From positions 2,637-66,636 of IMG/VR virus record IMGVR_UViG_3300044837_000078: DNA of 64,000 nt. The stretch is one strand, 5' to 3'. Below, piece by piece: positions 19,687 to 29,337 of the stretch; the stretch's first letter is position 1; each line of letters starts with the position of its first letter. The stretch comes from a virus. Below the pieces are notes generated by a model. It saw only the letters and a list, made by a program, of their open reading frames with translations, had not been told where the DNA came from and made no database searches. The position numbers were made by a program, and so were the translations under genes.

Positions 19687-20248
19687 GCTTGCGCCCCACG
19701 GGTTCGAACAATTGGAAATTTTGAATGGATGCCGCGCGGCTTCCGAAGTTGGCGCAGGCCCAGTCGTGGATCGCGAGGGCGTCGCCGCGGTTGTCGTCGT
19801 GGCAATCAGGCGACATCAGCTTGAGCGCGTGGCACCGCGCGACCACGGCGCGCTTGGTCTCCTCGCGATCACCTGTCCTTGCAATCCCGATGAAGTGTTT
19901 TCTCGCCGTCGAGTCTGCCACTTCATCCCAAGGGATGTTGAACCTGACGCATAGGCCATCGACGATCGCGTGATAACCGGCATGGGCGCGCACCGTGCTT
20001 TCGGCATTGCCCATGGCCATGAACGCCTGCAGCGCCAGCATCTTTTCCTTAACGACGAGGACCGGTCGCTCCCGCGCGAACTCGCCCGCCAGAAAGGCGA
20101 TCAAGTTCGCATACGCGACATCGATCGTTTCACCCTTTTGTTTGAGCCGAACCGTTCCGGACACAGGCGCGTCGCCGGGCTTACCCTTGGCAAAGCCAGT
20201 GGTGATGCCGAGATCAAGGCAATAAATCAGCCCGGTGACGCGGTCCAT
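19679..20248 (-). CDS. RuvC-like Holliday junction resolvase
   Basis: LDLG..TGFA, V.E, RKHFIG, DDN.GDALAI. Confidence 0.8.
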   Translation of the reverse strand: MDRVTGLIYCLDLGITTGFAKGKPGDAPVSGTVRLKQKGETIDVAYANLIAFLAGEFARERPVLVVKEKMLALQAFMAMGNAESTVRAHAGYHAIVDGLCVRFNIPWDEVADSTARKHFIGIARTGDREETKRAVVARCHALKLMSPDCHDDNRGDALAIHDWACANFGSRAASIQNFQLFEPVGRKHA

Positions 20249-20252
20249 GATT

Positions 20253-20837
20253 TCACTGCGTTATTTGAAACGTCGGGCGCGATGAGCCGATCGCGGCGGA
20301 ATTCTTGACGTCAGCCTTCTCGTCGGGTTCGAGTTTAGAAAACCCCTTGGTTGCAAGGGTTTTTTGGCCTTCCGCAAAGCCTTCATCATATTTGCGCGCC
20401 GCTTCCGTCGTGTGGTGGTGCGGGTTGCTGACAGGCTCGCCGGCCAAGCCTTGCCGCTTGCCCTCGTTGAACGCGCGCTCGGTAAGCGGAGTGCGGTCGG
20501 CATCCCCGAACAACGCGCCTTGCGAGCCGATCGGGATATTCATCCATCGCATCACCCGCACCTGGCGTTCCATCTCCGCTTTCATCGCGGCCTCGCCCTC
20601 CGGCGTCGACAGCTCGATCAGGTCCTTGATGTCCTGCAGACCCTTGGCGCCCAAGTCTGATTTTATGATCTTGCCCAGATCAATCAGCGCCTTGTTGGCC
20701 TTCTTTTTGACCTCCAGCACCACCTCGTATTTCTGCCGGTGCTGTTCGGTCAGCGAATACAATTGATCGTCGCTGATGGTCTCGGCAGTTTGCTTCGGCG
20801 CCGCTGGCTTGGCTCCGTCTTTCGGCTTGCGTCCCAT
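20253..20837 (-). CDS. GapR-like protein with an RMF-like C-terminal motif
   Basis: Helical region KKKANKALIDLGKIIKSDLG; C-terminal AFNEG...GLAG....NPH......YDEGF..GQ. Confidence 0.45.
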   Translation of the reverse strand: MGRKPKDGAKPAAPKQTAETISDDQLYSLTEQHRQKYEVVLEVKKKANKALIDLGKIIKSDLGAKGLQDIKDLIELSTPEGEAAMKAEMERQVRVMRWMNIPIGSQGALFGDADRTPLTERAFNEGKRQGLAGEPVSNPHHHTTEAARKYDEGFAEGQKTLATKGFSKLEPDEKADVKNSAAIGSSRPTFQITQ

Positions 20838-20861
20838 GGCTTTTGCTCCTCAGGTTGAAGA

Positions 20862-21485
20862 TCAGGATTGTGTGTCGGCTCGATGCATTGCCCATTTATC
20901 GGCGGCAACGCGCGCTTTCGGCGGCGCGTAGGCCAGTCGTGTATGGCGCGAGCAATAGGGGCGATCGGGAAGCGACTTGCCGCCGCAGAATTCGAAGTCG
21001 TCATCGGTCGGAGTTCCGCGCGGCCAGCGGCAGCTATCAGGCTTGAGGTCGATCAGCTTGATGCCCGTGCCGTCCGGCTTCTCGCCCCTGAGCATCGGCG
21101 ACAGGCCCGGCTCGGCGGCATCGATTGCGATCTTGGCGAGGATGTTGTGCGAGGGATTGCGCCGTTGCGGCGGCGCAAGGCCCGGATCGTGGCCGTTGAC
21201 GACGGCCTGCAGCCGGGTTGGATTGCGGATGCGGCCGGCCGATGTAGCCGGTGGAGGCGCAAGGTGCGGCCGGTCGATCGGCCTTTGCTTGGTGCGAACC
21301 GGCGTCTTGCCGCGTCGCTCAAGTTTGAGCCGCATAACCTTTCCGATGATGGCGTTGCGCGAAAACCCGGCCTGCAGCTCATTGGCTATTTGCGAGCAGG
21401 TGAAGCCGTCAGCCCATAGCTGCTTGAGTTTAACGACGTTGGCATCGCTCCATTCGCCATACATCAGGCCCATGCGTTTCCCCAT
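20862..21485 (-). CDS. gcrA: GcrA-family cell-cycle regulator
   Basis: WSD..V..LKQLWADG.T.SQIA..L...SRNAIIGKV.RL and L.DL....CRWP.G......FCG......PYC..H...AY. Confidence 0.92.
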   Translation of the reverse strand: MGKRMGLMYGEWSDANVVKLKQLWADGFTCSQIANELQAGFSRNAIIGKVMRLKLERRGKTPVRTKQRPIDRPHLAPPPATSAGRIRNPTRLQAVVNGHDPGLAPPQRRNPSHNILAKIAIDAAEPGLSPMLRGEKPDGTGIKLIDLKPDSCRWPRGTPTDDDFEFCGGKSLPDRPYCSRHTRLAYAPPKARVAADKWAMHRADTQS

Positions 21486-21634
21486 TTTTTGGCGCAAGCG
21501 CGCTCGCCGTCCGCAACCGACGCGATGACGAAGGTGCAAAAAAGTCCTGACACCGGGCGCCGCTTTCCCGATTGCGTCTGCCGCAGGTTTCGCTGCGGGC
21601 TCGTACTGTGTGTTGGCTTTACTGGTAGAAAAAC

Positions 21635-22096
21635 CTAGACCGCGCGCAGTTTCGCAACCGCCTGCACGGTGTCTTCCGCCGCCCCGATCAGGGCGCCGGC
21701 GCAGACTTCTGTCTGCTTGATTTCGTTGTTGGAGGTCTTGCCGTCGGCGACCGCGTCGAGCGCTGCGCTCTCCAGGTCAGCGCCGGCGTGAGCGAGCCGC
21801 CCCACGATCTTGCTGACGCTCTGCGCTAATTCGAGATGCTGCTCGTGGGTGATGACCTCAAAGCCGCGCCGTCGCGCCCAGGCTTTGAGCATCACGTCGC
21901 CCGCAGCCTCGTCAAGCGTCATCGCCCGCCACAGCGAAATATGCTTGTTGGCGTCGTCGTTGGCGAACAGGCTGAGTTCCGATCCCTGAAAGCCGGTCCA
22001 CTCCGCCGCGGCCCGGTTGCCGCCCGCCTTGTGGATCGCCAGCCGCACCAGGCGCTTGGTGAAGGCCTGCAATTCGGTCAGTACGATTTTCTCCAT
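21635..22096 (-). CDS. CII-like phage regulatory protein
   Basis: Downstream of cro; N-terminal HTH-like region and C-terminal AVADG..S..E. Confidence 0.55.
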   Translation of the reverse strand: MEKIVLTELQAFTKRLVRLAIHKAGGNRAAAEWTGFQGSELSLFANDDANKHISLWRAMTLDEAAGDVMLKAWARRRGFEVITHEQHLELAQSVSKIVGRLAHAGADLESAALDAVADGKTSNNEIKQTEVCAGALIGAAEDTVQAVAKLRAV

Positions 22097-22190
22097 TCAC
22101 TTTCCCCGTCCACTAATTGTTCCCTGAAAATGTTGGCATGACAGCGGGGCCTACGGTGGCGCTGGATGCGTCCCCAAAGGAGACGCCCCA

Positions 22191-22283
22191 ATGCTGGCCT
22201 TGATACTGATCCTGCTCTCCGCGGCCGTGGTGCTGTCGGCGGTGGCCTGTCTGCTCAACGTGCTGGACGGAGGGCGCGCGTGA
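22191..22283 (+). CDS. 30-aa hydrophobic peptide
   Basis: AAAGGAG RBS; MLALILILLSAAVVLSAVACLLNVLDGGRA. Below the ORF-track length cutoff. Confidence 0.45.
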   Translation: MLALILILLSAAVVLSAVACLLNVLDGGRA

Positions 22284-22294
22284 TCCGGCGGGGG

Positions 22295-22543
22295 TCATGA
22301 TTCAGCCCTCGCCGGCGCCGGGCGCGGCACGCCGAGCGGCCAAGTCTCGTCAGCTTCGGGCCAGTTATCCGAGAACCACGAGAGGGCTTTTTCGAATTGA
22401 GCGGTGCCGAGATCGCCGCCGCGCTGGATGGCGTCGAATCGCTTGCCGTCGTTGAAGATCAGGGTTGAGACGCGCGCCAACGAAATTGACTTGGCACCAC
22501 AATAGGTTGTGGCAACGGATAGCAATTGCTCGGTGAGTTTCAT
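22295..22543 (-). CDS. cro: Cro-like regulator
   Basis: Divergent from cI; LL.VA..Y......SL.RVS..IFNDGK...AL.WFS.NWP....WP..VPRP. Confidence 0.75.
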   Translation of the reverse strand: MKLTEQLLSVATTYCGAKSISLARVSTLIFNDGKRFDAIQRGGDLGTAQFEKALSWFSDNWPEADETWPLGVPRPAPARAES

Positions 22544-22552
22544 GCCGGAAAT

Positions 22553-22635
22553 ATGCGGGTTTATTCCCGCATCGTCAAGCCATCGCGGAAATTTATCCGC
22601 TAACTCGCCTGAACTGTGCGCGGGCATAATCCCTC
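22553..22635. promoter_or_regulatory. OR-like operator region with three GCGG-N8-CCGC-type palindromes and a PR-like promoter
   Basis: ATGCGGGTTTATTCCCGCAT 22553-72, GCGGAAATTTATCCGC 22585-600, GCGGGCATAATCCCTC 22620-35. A minus-strand TTGACG -35 abuts the first site. Confidence 0.8.
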
Positions 22636-22637
22636 AC

Positions 22638-23312
22638 ATGAGGGCGTCGGGCAAAGGCATCATCAGCAGAATTGAAAAGCGCCTCAAGGCGTTAGGACTC
22701 ACCGAGAATTCGGCGAGCTCAAGCGCTGGCCTGTCGAGAGATGCCATTCGAAGCATCCGCCGGAACATTGAGTCCGGCAAGCAGCGAGGGGTTTCATCCG
22801 AGACTCTGGAAAAGCTGGCGCCCGTCCTGCAAACCTCGAAGGCGTGGCTCCTATCCGGAGACGGCCCCGAGGTTGTCGGCGGAGATCATATCGAAAGCGG
22901 GGATATCCTGCAGGACAGTGACGACCGCAGCAAAACCGTCAGAGTGGTCGGCTACGTCGGCGCCAGCGGCGAGGCGGTCTACTACCGTTTCTCGGACGAT
23001 CAGTTCGAGTATGTCGAGCCGCCACCTGGCGCCACCGATCAAACGGTCGCCGTCGAAGTACGCGGCGGCAGCTTGGGCGACGCGTTCAAGAGTTGGCTGG
23101 TGTTCTACCGCGACATTCGCTCGCCGGTGACCGAAGACCTCTACAACCAGCTTTGCGTCGTGGGCCTCGCCGACGATAGGATCCTCGTCAAGATCATCAA
23201 GCACGAGCGCAACGGGAGTTTCACTCTGCTTTCGAACGCCAACGTCGAGCCGCCGATCGAAGATGCTGGAATTGAGTGGGCGTCGAAAGTCACCGACATG
23301 AGGCCGCGGTAG
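22638..23312 (+). CDS. cI: CI-like repressor (HTH + S24 peptidase-like domain)
   Basis: N-terminal HTH (AGLSRDAIR...TLEKLA.VL......L), VGYVGA, VRGGSL, VK, LLS. Confidence 0.88.
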   Translation: MRASGKGIISRIEKRLKALGLTENSASSSAGLSRDAIRSIRRNIESGKQRGVSSETLEKLAPVLQTSKAWLLSGDGPEVVGGDHIESGDILQDSDDRSKTVRVVGYVGASGEAVYYRFSDDQFEYVEPPPGATDQTVAVEVRGGSLGDAFKSWLVFYRDIRSPVTEDLYNQLCVVGLADDRILVKIIKHERNGSFTLLSNANVEPPIEDAGIEWASKVTDMRPR

Positions 23313-23323
23313 GAGGGGAAACC

Positions 23324-23830
23324 ATGAGAAGTTTTTTATGTGCCGTTTCGTTTGCTTTCGCATTTCTGGCCGTTGAAGCGCAAGCACAAGAGCAACGCGA
23401 ATACACCATTCGGAACGTACCGCGGTGCACGTCGAATCTACCGCCCGGCATGGCCGACCCTTGCCGTGACGGGGTTATCACCTATCAGACGCTGGCGCGG
23501 GCACCGGAAAGTTTCGTCAATTCCACCGTAAACGGGCGCGGCAAGGTCATTCAAATTATGGAAAACGGCGATGACATCACGCTTCGCGTCGATACCACGC
23601 GCGGCCCGCAAGGGCTCACCACGTCAGACACCATCTATATGGAATATCATAGGGAATTAATTTCAGAGCCGCATATTTTGGTGAACGATGTTGTCGCTTA
23701 TTCCGGCAAATTTATGGGATTGAAATCGTATCGCACCGTGCGCGGCGATACCCTCCAGCTGCCCTACGTGGTGGCCCGAACATTGGCCAGCGTACCGCCG
23801 CTGCCGGGACGCACTGCAGACCGGCCCTAA
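23324..23830 (+). CDS. Secreted protein, OB-fold-like
   Basis: AGGAGG RBS; signal peptide ending AQA; GKVIQI...LRV...D.V...G.F.G. Confidence 0.65.
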   Translation: MRSFLCAVSFAFAFLAVEAQAQEQREYTIRNVPRCTSNLPPGMADPCRDGVITYQTLARAPESFVNSTVNGRGKVIQIMENGDDITLRVDTTRGPQGLTTSDTIYMEYHRELISEPHILVNDVVAYSGKFMGLKSYRTVRGDTLQLPYVVARTLASVPPLPGRTADRP

Positions 23831-23871
23831 AATGACCCGCCTCTCGCGCTGGAGGAACGAGGGCTGATCTG

Positions 23872-24258
23872 ATGGCGGACGATCCGGAGCATGAGGTGGA
23901 CGGTGCCATGCACCTATATCTAATCCAACTGACTGAATGCCAGCATTCGGACGGCAATACGCTTCTGACGTTCCGCTCTAGGAGCGGGTCCGAGCATAAG
24001 ATCGCGGTAAGCAAAGATGTTCGCGAGAGCCTGCTTCGCGAACTTCAGATTGAGGCAGCTCATCAAAACGTAGATTTGCTATCGCTGACCTTAACAGGGA
24101 CATCGAATGCGGTGTCGGCTGTGGGCAAGGCGCTAGTTCTTCGAACGCGCGAGTTAGGCACCATCGCAGTCGTGGTAGATGATCGTTCAATTGACAGTCT
24201 CCAACAAAATTTGGCCGAGCTGGCCGCGGTCCCGCCCTCTAGTGATAGCCGAAACTAA
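23872..24258 (+). CDS. Hypothetical protein
   Basis: ORF in the immunity region. Confidence 0.5.
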   Translation: MADDPEHEVDGAMHLYLIQLTECQHSDGNTLLTFRSRSGSEHKIAVSKDVRESLLRELQIEAAHQNVDLLSLTLTGTSNAVSAVGKALVLRTRELGTIAVVVDDRSIDSLQQNLAELAAVPPSSDSRN

Positions 24259-24283
24259 TCTCCCTCGCACTGGAGCATCTGAC

Positions 24284-24574
24284 ATGCCGACGATCGGAGG
24301 TGCTATCGGTGCGTTGTATTCTGCTGTTTCGGTCGAACAGATTTTTTCACGCTCGCTGGCCGCTGTTTTGATTGCGCGCGAGATTGCGCGTTCACCTGAT
24401 CCCGAGGCCGAGCTTCGACTCCTGACAGGAGAGATACATCGCGTGATCGATCGCTACGGGATCGACCGGCCAACACCGGAACACCATTTGGAAAAAGACA
24501 AGGAGGCCGCACGTCTCGTGGTGGACGCAGTGGTCCAGATTGTTTCGCTGCTGCGAACGCAACCGGATCGATAA
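24284..24574 (+). CDS. Hypothetical protein
   Basis: GGAG RBS before MPTIGG. Confidence 0.5.
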   Translation: MPTIGGAIGALYSAVSVEQIFSRSLAAVLIAREIARSPDPEAELRLLTGEIHRVIDRYGIDRPTPEHHLEKDKEAARLVVDAVVQIVSLLRTQPDR

Positions 24575-24900
24575 CAGGCAACCCGAACAGTTCCCGTAAA
24601 AGCATCTCACGACCTACCATCTTCGCGCCTCCTAACAAGAAGCCACCAGCCGTAGCCTCTCGGTTGTAAAATACCCGAATCACACGGGAAGTGAATGTGG
24701 CGAATCACTGTGAAGAAACTACTCGCATCCGACTAACGTAGTAGCTGCCAAGCCTCTTAAAGGCGCTGGCAGCGTACTTACTGACAGTTGTATCTTGGAG
24801 GACATTCTTTGGTTCGGATATGTCATTTTTGATGTCCTTTTTGTTCTGGCACGGTATTTGCTCCATACAGATTAGACTTACAGACTCTCAGCAAGTAGGA

Positions 24901-25031
24901 GCGGGGATTTAAGACCCCGCTCCCAGCACTGAGTCTAAAATTGGAAACGTCCGCGCGCGCGACCCCTCGAAAAATAATTGCGGGTTTTTTCCCGCGCGGT
25001 AGTTGACTGCGGGGAAATACCCGCATATGTT
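24901..25031 (+). promoter_or_regulatory. OL-like operators and early promoter
   Basis: GCGGGTTTTTTCCCGC (24980-95) and GCGGGGAAATACCCGC (25009-24) match the OR consensus. TTGACT at 25003 is followed 17 nt later by TATGTT; a further palindrome lies at 24901-20. Confidence 0.8.
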
Positions 25032-25055
25032 CCCTCCATCACCTTGGAGGGTTCG

Positions 25056-26499
25056 ATGCAGCCTCGCCTCAAAACACAACCACAACTTCCCACACCGCTG
25101 GTGACCAGCCAGCTCGCTCTGTCCGCGCTCGTTGTCGTGCTCGGCGACGCGCTCGATGAACTGAAACAGCCCGGCGCCGCCTTCGACCGCAGCGACATCG
25201 TCGGGCGGATTGAGGACGTACTGGCCTCGGCAGAGGCGGTGCTGCAGTGACACTCACCGTCCTGAATTTACTCGACGAATGCACCGGCGAGATCAACCGC
25301 GCCGTGCTGCGCTCGATGGTCCACCGCCGCGCTATGGCCGACTACGGCGCGTTGACGCCGCGCTCGCTCCGGCAGGCCCAGCGCTACTACGCCAGCGTCA
25401 TTGCACAGCGGAAGGCCGGCTGGCGCCAGCGCCACGGGCTACCAGTCAAGATCACCATAACGACACCCTTTGGCCGTCCGGCCGAAGGCGTCCGCCGCTC
25501 GGCGTTTTGAGGTCCGTGATGAAAAGCGACGAGGATATCGCCAAGACGTTCCTGCTTCGCGGCATTCAGCAATGGGGGCAGTCACCCGCCGATCGCGAAC
25601 AAGCCACACGCGAATACGTCACCGCTGCCGGGTTTGTTTTCGGTTCGGATGATGGAAACGAATGGCTCAGGCACATCCTCCAGAACCTCAAGCGAGGGAA
25701 GCTTGAGACCGAGATCGAACAGTTGGTAGCAGCTCTTGCTAGCCGCGCATCCATCCTCAAAGCGGCGAGGGCGCAATGATGCTCGCTCAACATCCGTTCA
25801 TCCTCGGCATTCTGACCGGCGGCGGATTACTCGGCGGCGCGCTCGGCATCATCGGATGGTGCCTCGGTCACGACGCCGCAATGCGCAAGGTTGTGGGCTG
25901 GATGCGGCCGAAGGTCGACGAGGCGCACGGCGACGTGCCGGAGCTGCCGCCGATTCGTGAGCGGCGATTTATTCCGACAACGCCGGGACGCTGGACATGA
26001 ACGCGCTCAATCTCAAAGACCGGCTGAACGAAATTATCGCCTCGCTTTGCCGCGATGCCGACATGCCAAACGGCGGCCTATGTGAGGCGTCGCGCGTCCA
26101 GTCACGGAATCTTGTCGCCGCGCTTCGGGATGAGGTGACCGGCAAGCGCCCGAAATCAATCGATCCTTCATGGGGTGACCGATGAGTGCCCTCAGCCGCT
26201 TCATGTCCACCGCGCGCGGCATCCTCGACGAGAAGCCCGCACCGAAAGCGCAACCGCCGTTCTTCGTCCGCACGACGTGGCTATTCGCCGAACTGGAGGA
26301 GCTGGCGACGCCCGACGAGATCGAGACCTTCATGGCGATCAAGATAGCGTGCCTTCAATGCAACGTCGCAAAGATCGCGCCTCTAATCGAGGTAATCGCA
26401 ATCAATAGCGAAAGACTGACGGACGGCCGCCAGCGCCACGAGCGGAAACAGCTCTGCGCCTGGATCAAGGAACAGATCGCGCGGGATGGCTTGAAATGA
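25056..26499 (+). CDS. Six small early hypothetical genes (25056-25250, 25247-25510, 25519-25779, 25776-26000, 25997-26185, 26182-26499)
   Basis: Mostly translationally coupled ORFs downstream of the early promoter. Confidence 0.6.
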
Positions 26500-27428
26500 C
26501 CGTCGAAAGAATTCCGATCGACCCCGTTAAGATGCGCCCGCAATGGCTCGACCTGCGCACTAAGTTCATCACGGCCTCCGACGTGCCGGCCGTCTGCGGC
26601 GAGGGCCTGTTCGGCTCGGCCGCAAAAGTATGGGCCGAGAAAAAGGGCCTGCTATCGCCGCAGGAAATGAACGACGCGATGTTCCGCGGCATCATCGGCG
26701 AGCCCGCGGTGATGCGCGCCATCCAGTGGCACTTTCCCGATTGGGAAATCCGGCCGACCGGCGTGTTTCTGTGCGATCGCGAGACCCGTCTCGGCGCAAC
26801 CCCGGATGGCGCGGCCGTCATTCCCGGCCGCGATGGCATCGGAATCATCCAATGCAAGACCGTCTCACGGCCTTGGTATGAGCAGAAATGGCTCGACGAC
26901 GATGATAAGCCCGTGGTGCCGTTGGCCTATGAGCTACAGACCCTCACCGAGGCCATGTTGGCCGACGCGCCATGGGCGATGATCGCGGTCCTGATCGTCG
27001 ACACGTTCAAGTGGGAACTAAAAGTTTTCCCGGTCGAGCGCAACCCCGGCGCCGAGGCCAAGATCAGGCAGTGCGTTGCCGAGTTCTGCCGCGACTACCT
27101 CGACGCCAACGTGCAGCCGCCGATCGATCCGGTGCGCGACGAGGAGTTGGTGAAGCGTCTTTTCCCGCGCGACAACGGTGCCGAGATCGACCTTTCCGGT
27201 GACAACTCTTTGCCCGGCATCGTTGCCGATTTCGAGGCCGCCAAAGCCATCAAGAAACGGGCCGAGACCGAGGAGAAGATCGCGGCCACCGCCATCAAAG
27301 CAAAGCTCGGCGAGCACAGCACCGCGCGCCTCGCCGACGGCCGACGGATCAGCCATCGGCTGCAGCAACGGGCTGGTTACGTTGTCGCTGATACTGAATT
27401 CCGAGTTCTAAGACTGTTGAAAGGTTGA
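26496..27428 (+). CDS. YqaJ/lambda-exonuclease-family recombination nuclease
   Basis: WL..R...ITASD, G...EP, LGATPDG, IQCKT, Y.LQ. Confidence 0.9.
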   Translation: MTVERIPIDPVKMRPQWLDLRTKFITASDVPAVCGEGLFGSAAKVWAEKKGLLSPQEMNDAMFRGIIGEPAVMRAIQWHFPDWEIRPTGVFLCDRETRLGATPDGAAVIPGRDGIGIIQCKTVSRPWYEQKWLDDDDKPVVPLAYELQTLTEAMLADAPWAMIAVLIVDTFKWELKVFPVERNPGAEAKIRQCVAEFCRDYLDANVQPPIDPVRDEELVKRLFPRDNGAEIDLSGDNSLPGIVADFEAAKAIKKRAETEEKIAATAIKAKLGEHSTARLADGRRISHRLQQRAGYVVADTEFRVLRLLKG

Positions 27429-28192
27429 TCATGAGCGTTGCAGCCAGAACGGCAGTAGTCGGCGACAACCGCCCCTCGCTGATTACGACCGATCAACTCG
27501 CCAAGGACTTTCCCCAGGTCGAGGCGTTCATCGCCGAGCTTGAAAAGGCGACCGCCGAGTCGCCGCTTGTGATCGAGGATGACGCCGATATGGAGACGGT
27601 GAACGCTCTCGCGGTGAAGTTGGGCTCGGCGTCCAAGCGCTGCGACGTGCTGCGCGACGACACCGGCCGACCGCACCTAGAGGCCAAGCGAGTCATCGAC
27701 GGGTTTTTCAAGGGCTTCATGGCGCGCGCCGACAAGGCGCAAGCGATGCTCGCCGCGCGCGCTACCGCGTACCTGCGAAAGAAGGCAGCGGCCGAGCGGG
27801 CCAAGCGAGAGGCCGAGGAAGCCGTAGCGCGCGAAGCCGCCGCCAAGGCTCAGCGCGAAGCCGCGGCCGCCGTGAAGGCTGGCGACGCCGAGAAAGCCGC
27901 ACTGGCCCAGGCCAAGGCCGACGAACACGAAAGCTGCGCCGACCAAGCCGCGGACGCTGCCAATGCAAAGCCTTCCGAACTGGCGCGGACACAGACCGGC
28001 GCCGGCAGTTCAACGCTTGAGGAGCGGTGGTCGTTCGAGATCACCGACATCAACACCATCGACCTGAATGCGCTGCGCCCCTTCCTGCCGCAGACGGCCA
28101 TCGAGCAGTCACTGCGCGCATTCGTGAAATCCGGCCGGCGCCAGATCGCCGGCGCCCGCATCTTCCCCGACACAAAGGCGCGCTTCCGCTGA
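27425..28192 (+). CDS. Coiled-coil recombination-module protein
   Basis: Lies between the exonuclease and annealase; P.LE..R.IDGFF and a C-terminal G.R.I.G.RIF. Confidence 0.65.
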   Translation: MIMSVAARTAVVGDNRPSLITTDQLAKDFPQVEAFIAELEKATAESPLVIEDDADMETVNALAVKLGSASKRCDVLRDDTGRPHLEAKRVIDGFFKGFMARADKAQAMLAARATAYLRKKAAAERAKREAEEAVAREAAAKAQREAAAAVKAGDAEKAALAQAKADEHESCADQAADAANAKPSELARTQTGAGSSTLEERWSFEITDINTIDLNALRPFLPQTAIEQSLRAFVKSGRRQIAGARIFPDTKARFR

Positions 28193-28221
28193 TCGCGGAC
28201 GGCCGACACAAGGAGGCTACC

Positions 28222-29337
28222 ATGTCTGAAGAAGCCGCAACTGCCGAAGTCGTTCACCTGCCGGCGACACGCCACTTCGTATCGACGACGGATGTTTTCT
28301 CCGATCCCGCCTCATTCGAACATGCCCAGCGCGTGGCTAAAGTGTTTGCCTCGTCAAACCTGGTGCCACCGCACCTCAAGGGTCAGGTTGCCGATTGTCT
28401 GATCGCCTATCAGATCGCGCGCCGGCTCAATGAGGAACCGCTGACAGTTTTCCAAAACATCTATGTCGTCTCCGGCCGGCCGGGCTGGAAAACCGAATAT
28501 GTGATCGCGCGCGCCAACAAAGCCGGCGTGTTCAAAAGCCGGATCACATGGAAGCCGACAGGCGAGGGCGACAACCTCGCGGTGACGGCCAGCGCGGTGC
28601 TCGCCGATTCCGGCGAAGTCATCTCGGTTACCTGCGACATGAAGATGGCGCGCGCTGAGCACTGGACGAAGAACGCCAAATACACCTCGATGCCGGAGCA
28701 CATGCTGCGCTGGCGATCGGCCGCCATGCTGATCAGGCTCTACGCGCCGGAAGTCATGCTCGGCATGCCGGTGATCGAAGAACTGGAAACCATGGAGCCC
28801 GCGCCGATGCGCGACATCAGCCCGGCGATGCGCCGCTCGCTTGATGATTTTGCCAACGGCATCAACTCGGCCAGCGCTGCCGAGAGTGAAGTATCCGAAG
28901 ATCAAACCAATTCCACCGCGTCGTCGTCAGCAACCGGAGAACATTCATCTGCCGGCGCGGCGGAGGCAGGGGAGGCCGATCCAGCACAGGATCCTGACAA
29001 GGCCGGCCCTGCCAACAATCAACAGAGTTCGCCGCAACCGTCCTCGCCGCCCGCTGGGCCGGAAGCGTCGGGCCAGGCCGCTGCCAAGTCCAATCCCTCC
29101 AAGGAAGATAAGGCAGCGGCCAAGGCCGGAGATAAACCACCTTCAACGGAGGCGGAATACGTCGAGGCCACCACGATCTGGATTGCCAATCTGCTTGATG
29201 CGGACGCCGGCGAGAAGCGCTGGAAATCTGAAAAGACGCTTCGCAACAAAGCCAACGTCGGCGCCGATGCGCGCGAGTCCCTGCAAGAGAAGCTGGCGGC
29301 CAAGTGCTCCGAGATCAGGGACGCGGATCGGTCATGA
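28222..29337 (+). CDS. RecT/Redbeta-like ssDNA annealing protein
   Basis: AAGGAGG RBS; S.LVP....G...DC.IA, QNIYVV.GRP, W....KY..MP..ML.WR, YAPEV.LG. Confidence 0.8.
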   Translation: MSEEAATAEVVHLPATRHFVSTTDVFSDPASFEHAQRVAKVFASSNLVPPHLKGQVADCLIAYQIARRLNEEPLTVFQNIYVVSGRPGWKTEYVIARANKAGVFKSRITWKPTGEGDNLAVTASAVLADSGEVISVTCDMKMARAEHWTKNAKYTSMPEHMLRWRSAAMLIRLYAPEVMLGMPVIEELETMEPAPMRDISPAMRRSLDDFANGINSASAAESEVSEDQTNSTASSSATGEHSSAGAAEAGEADPAQDPDKAGPANNQQSSPQPSSPPAGPEASGQAAAKSNPSKEDKAAAKAGDKPPSTEAEYVEATTIWIANLLDADAGEKRWKSEKTLRNKANVGADARESLQEKLAAKCSEIRDADRS

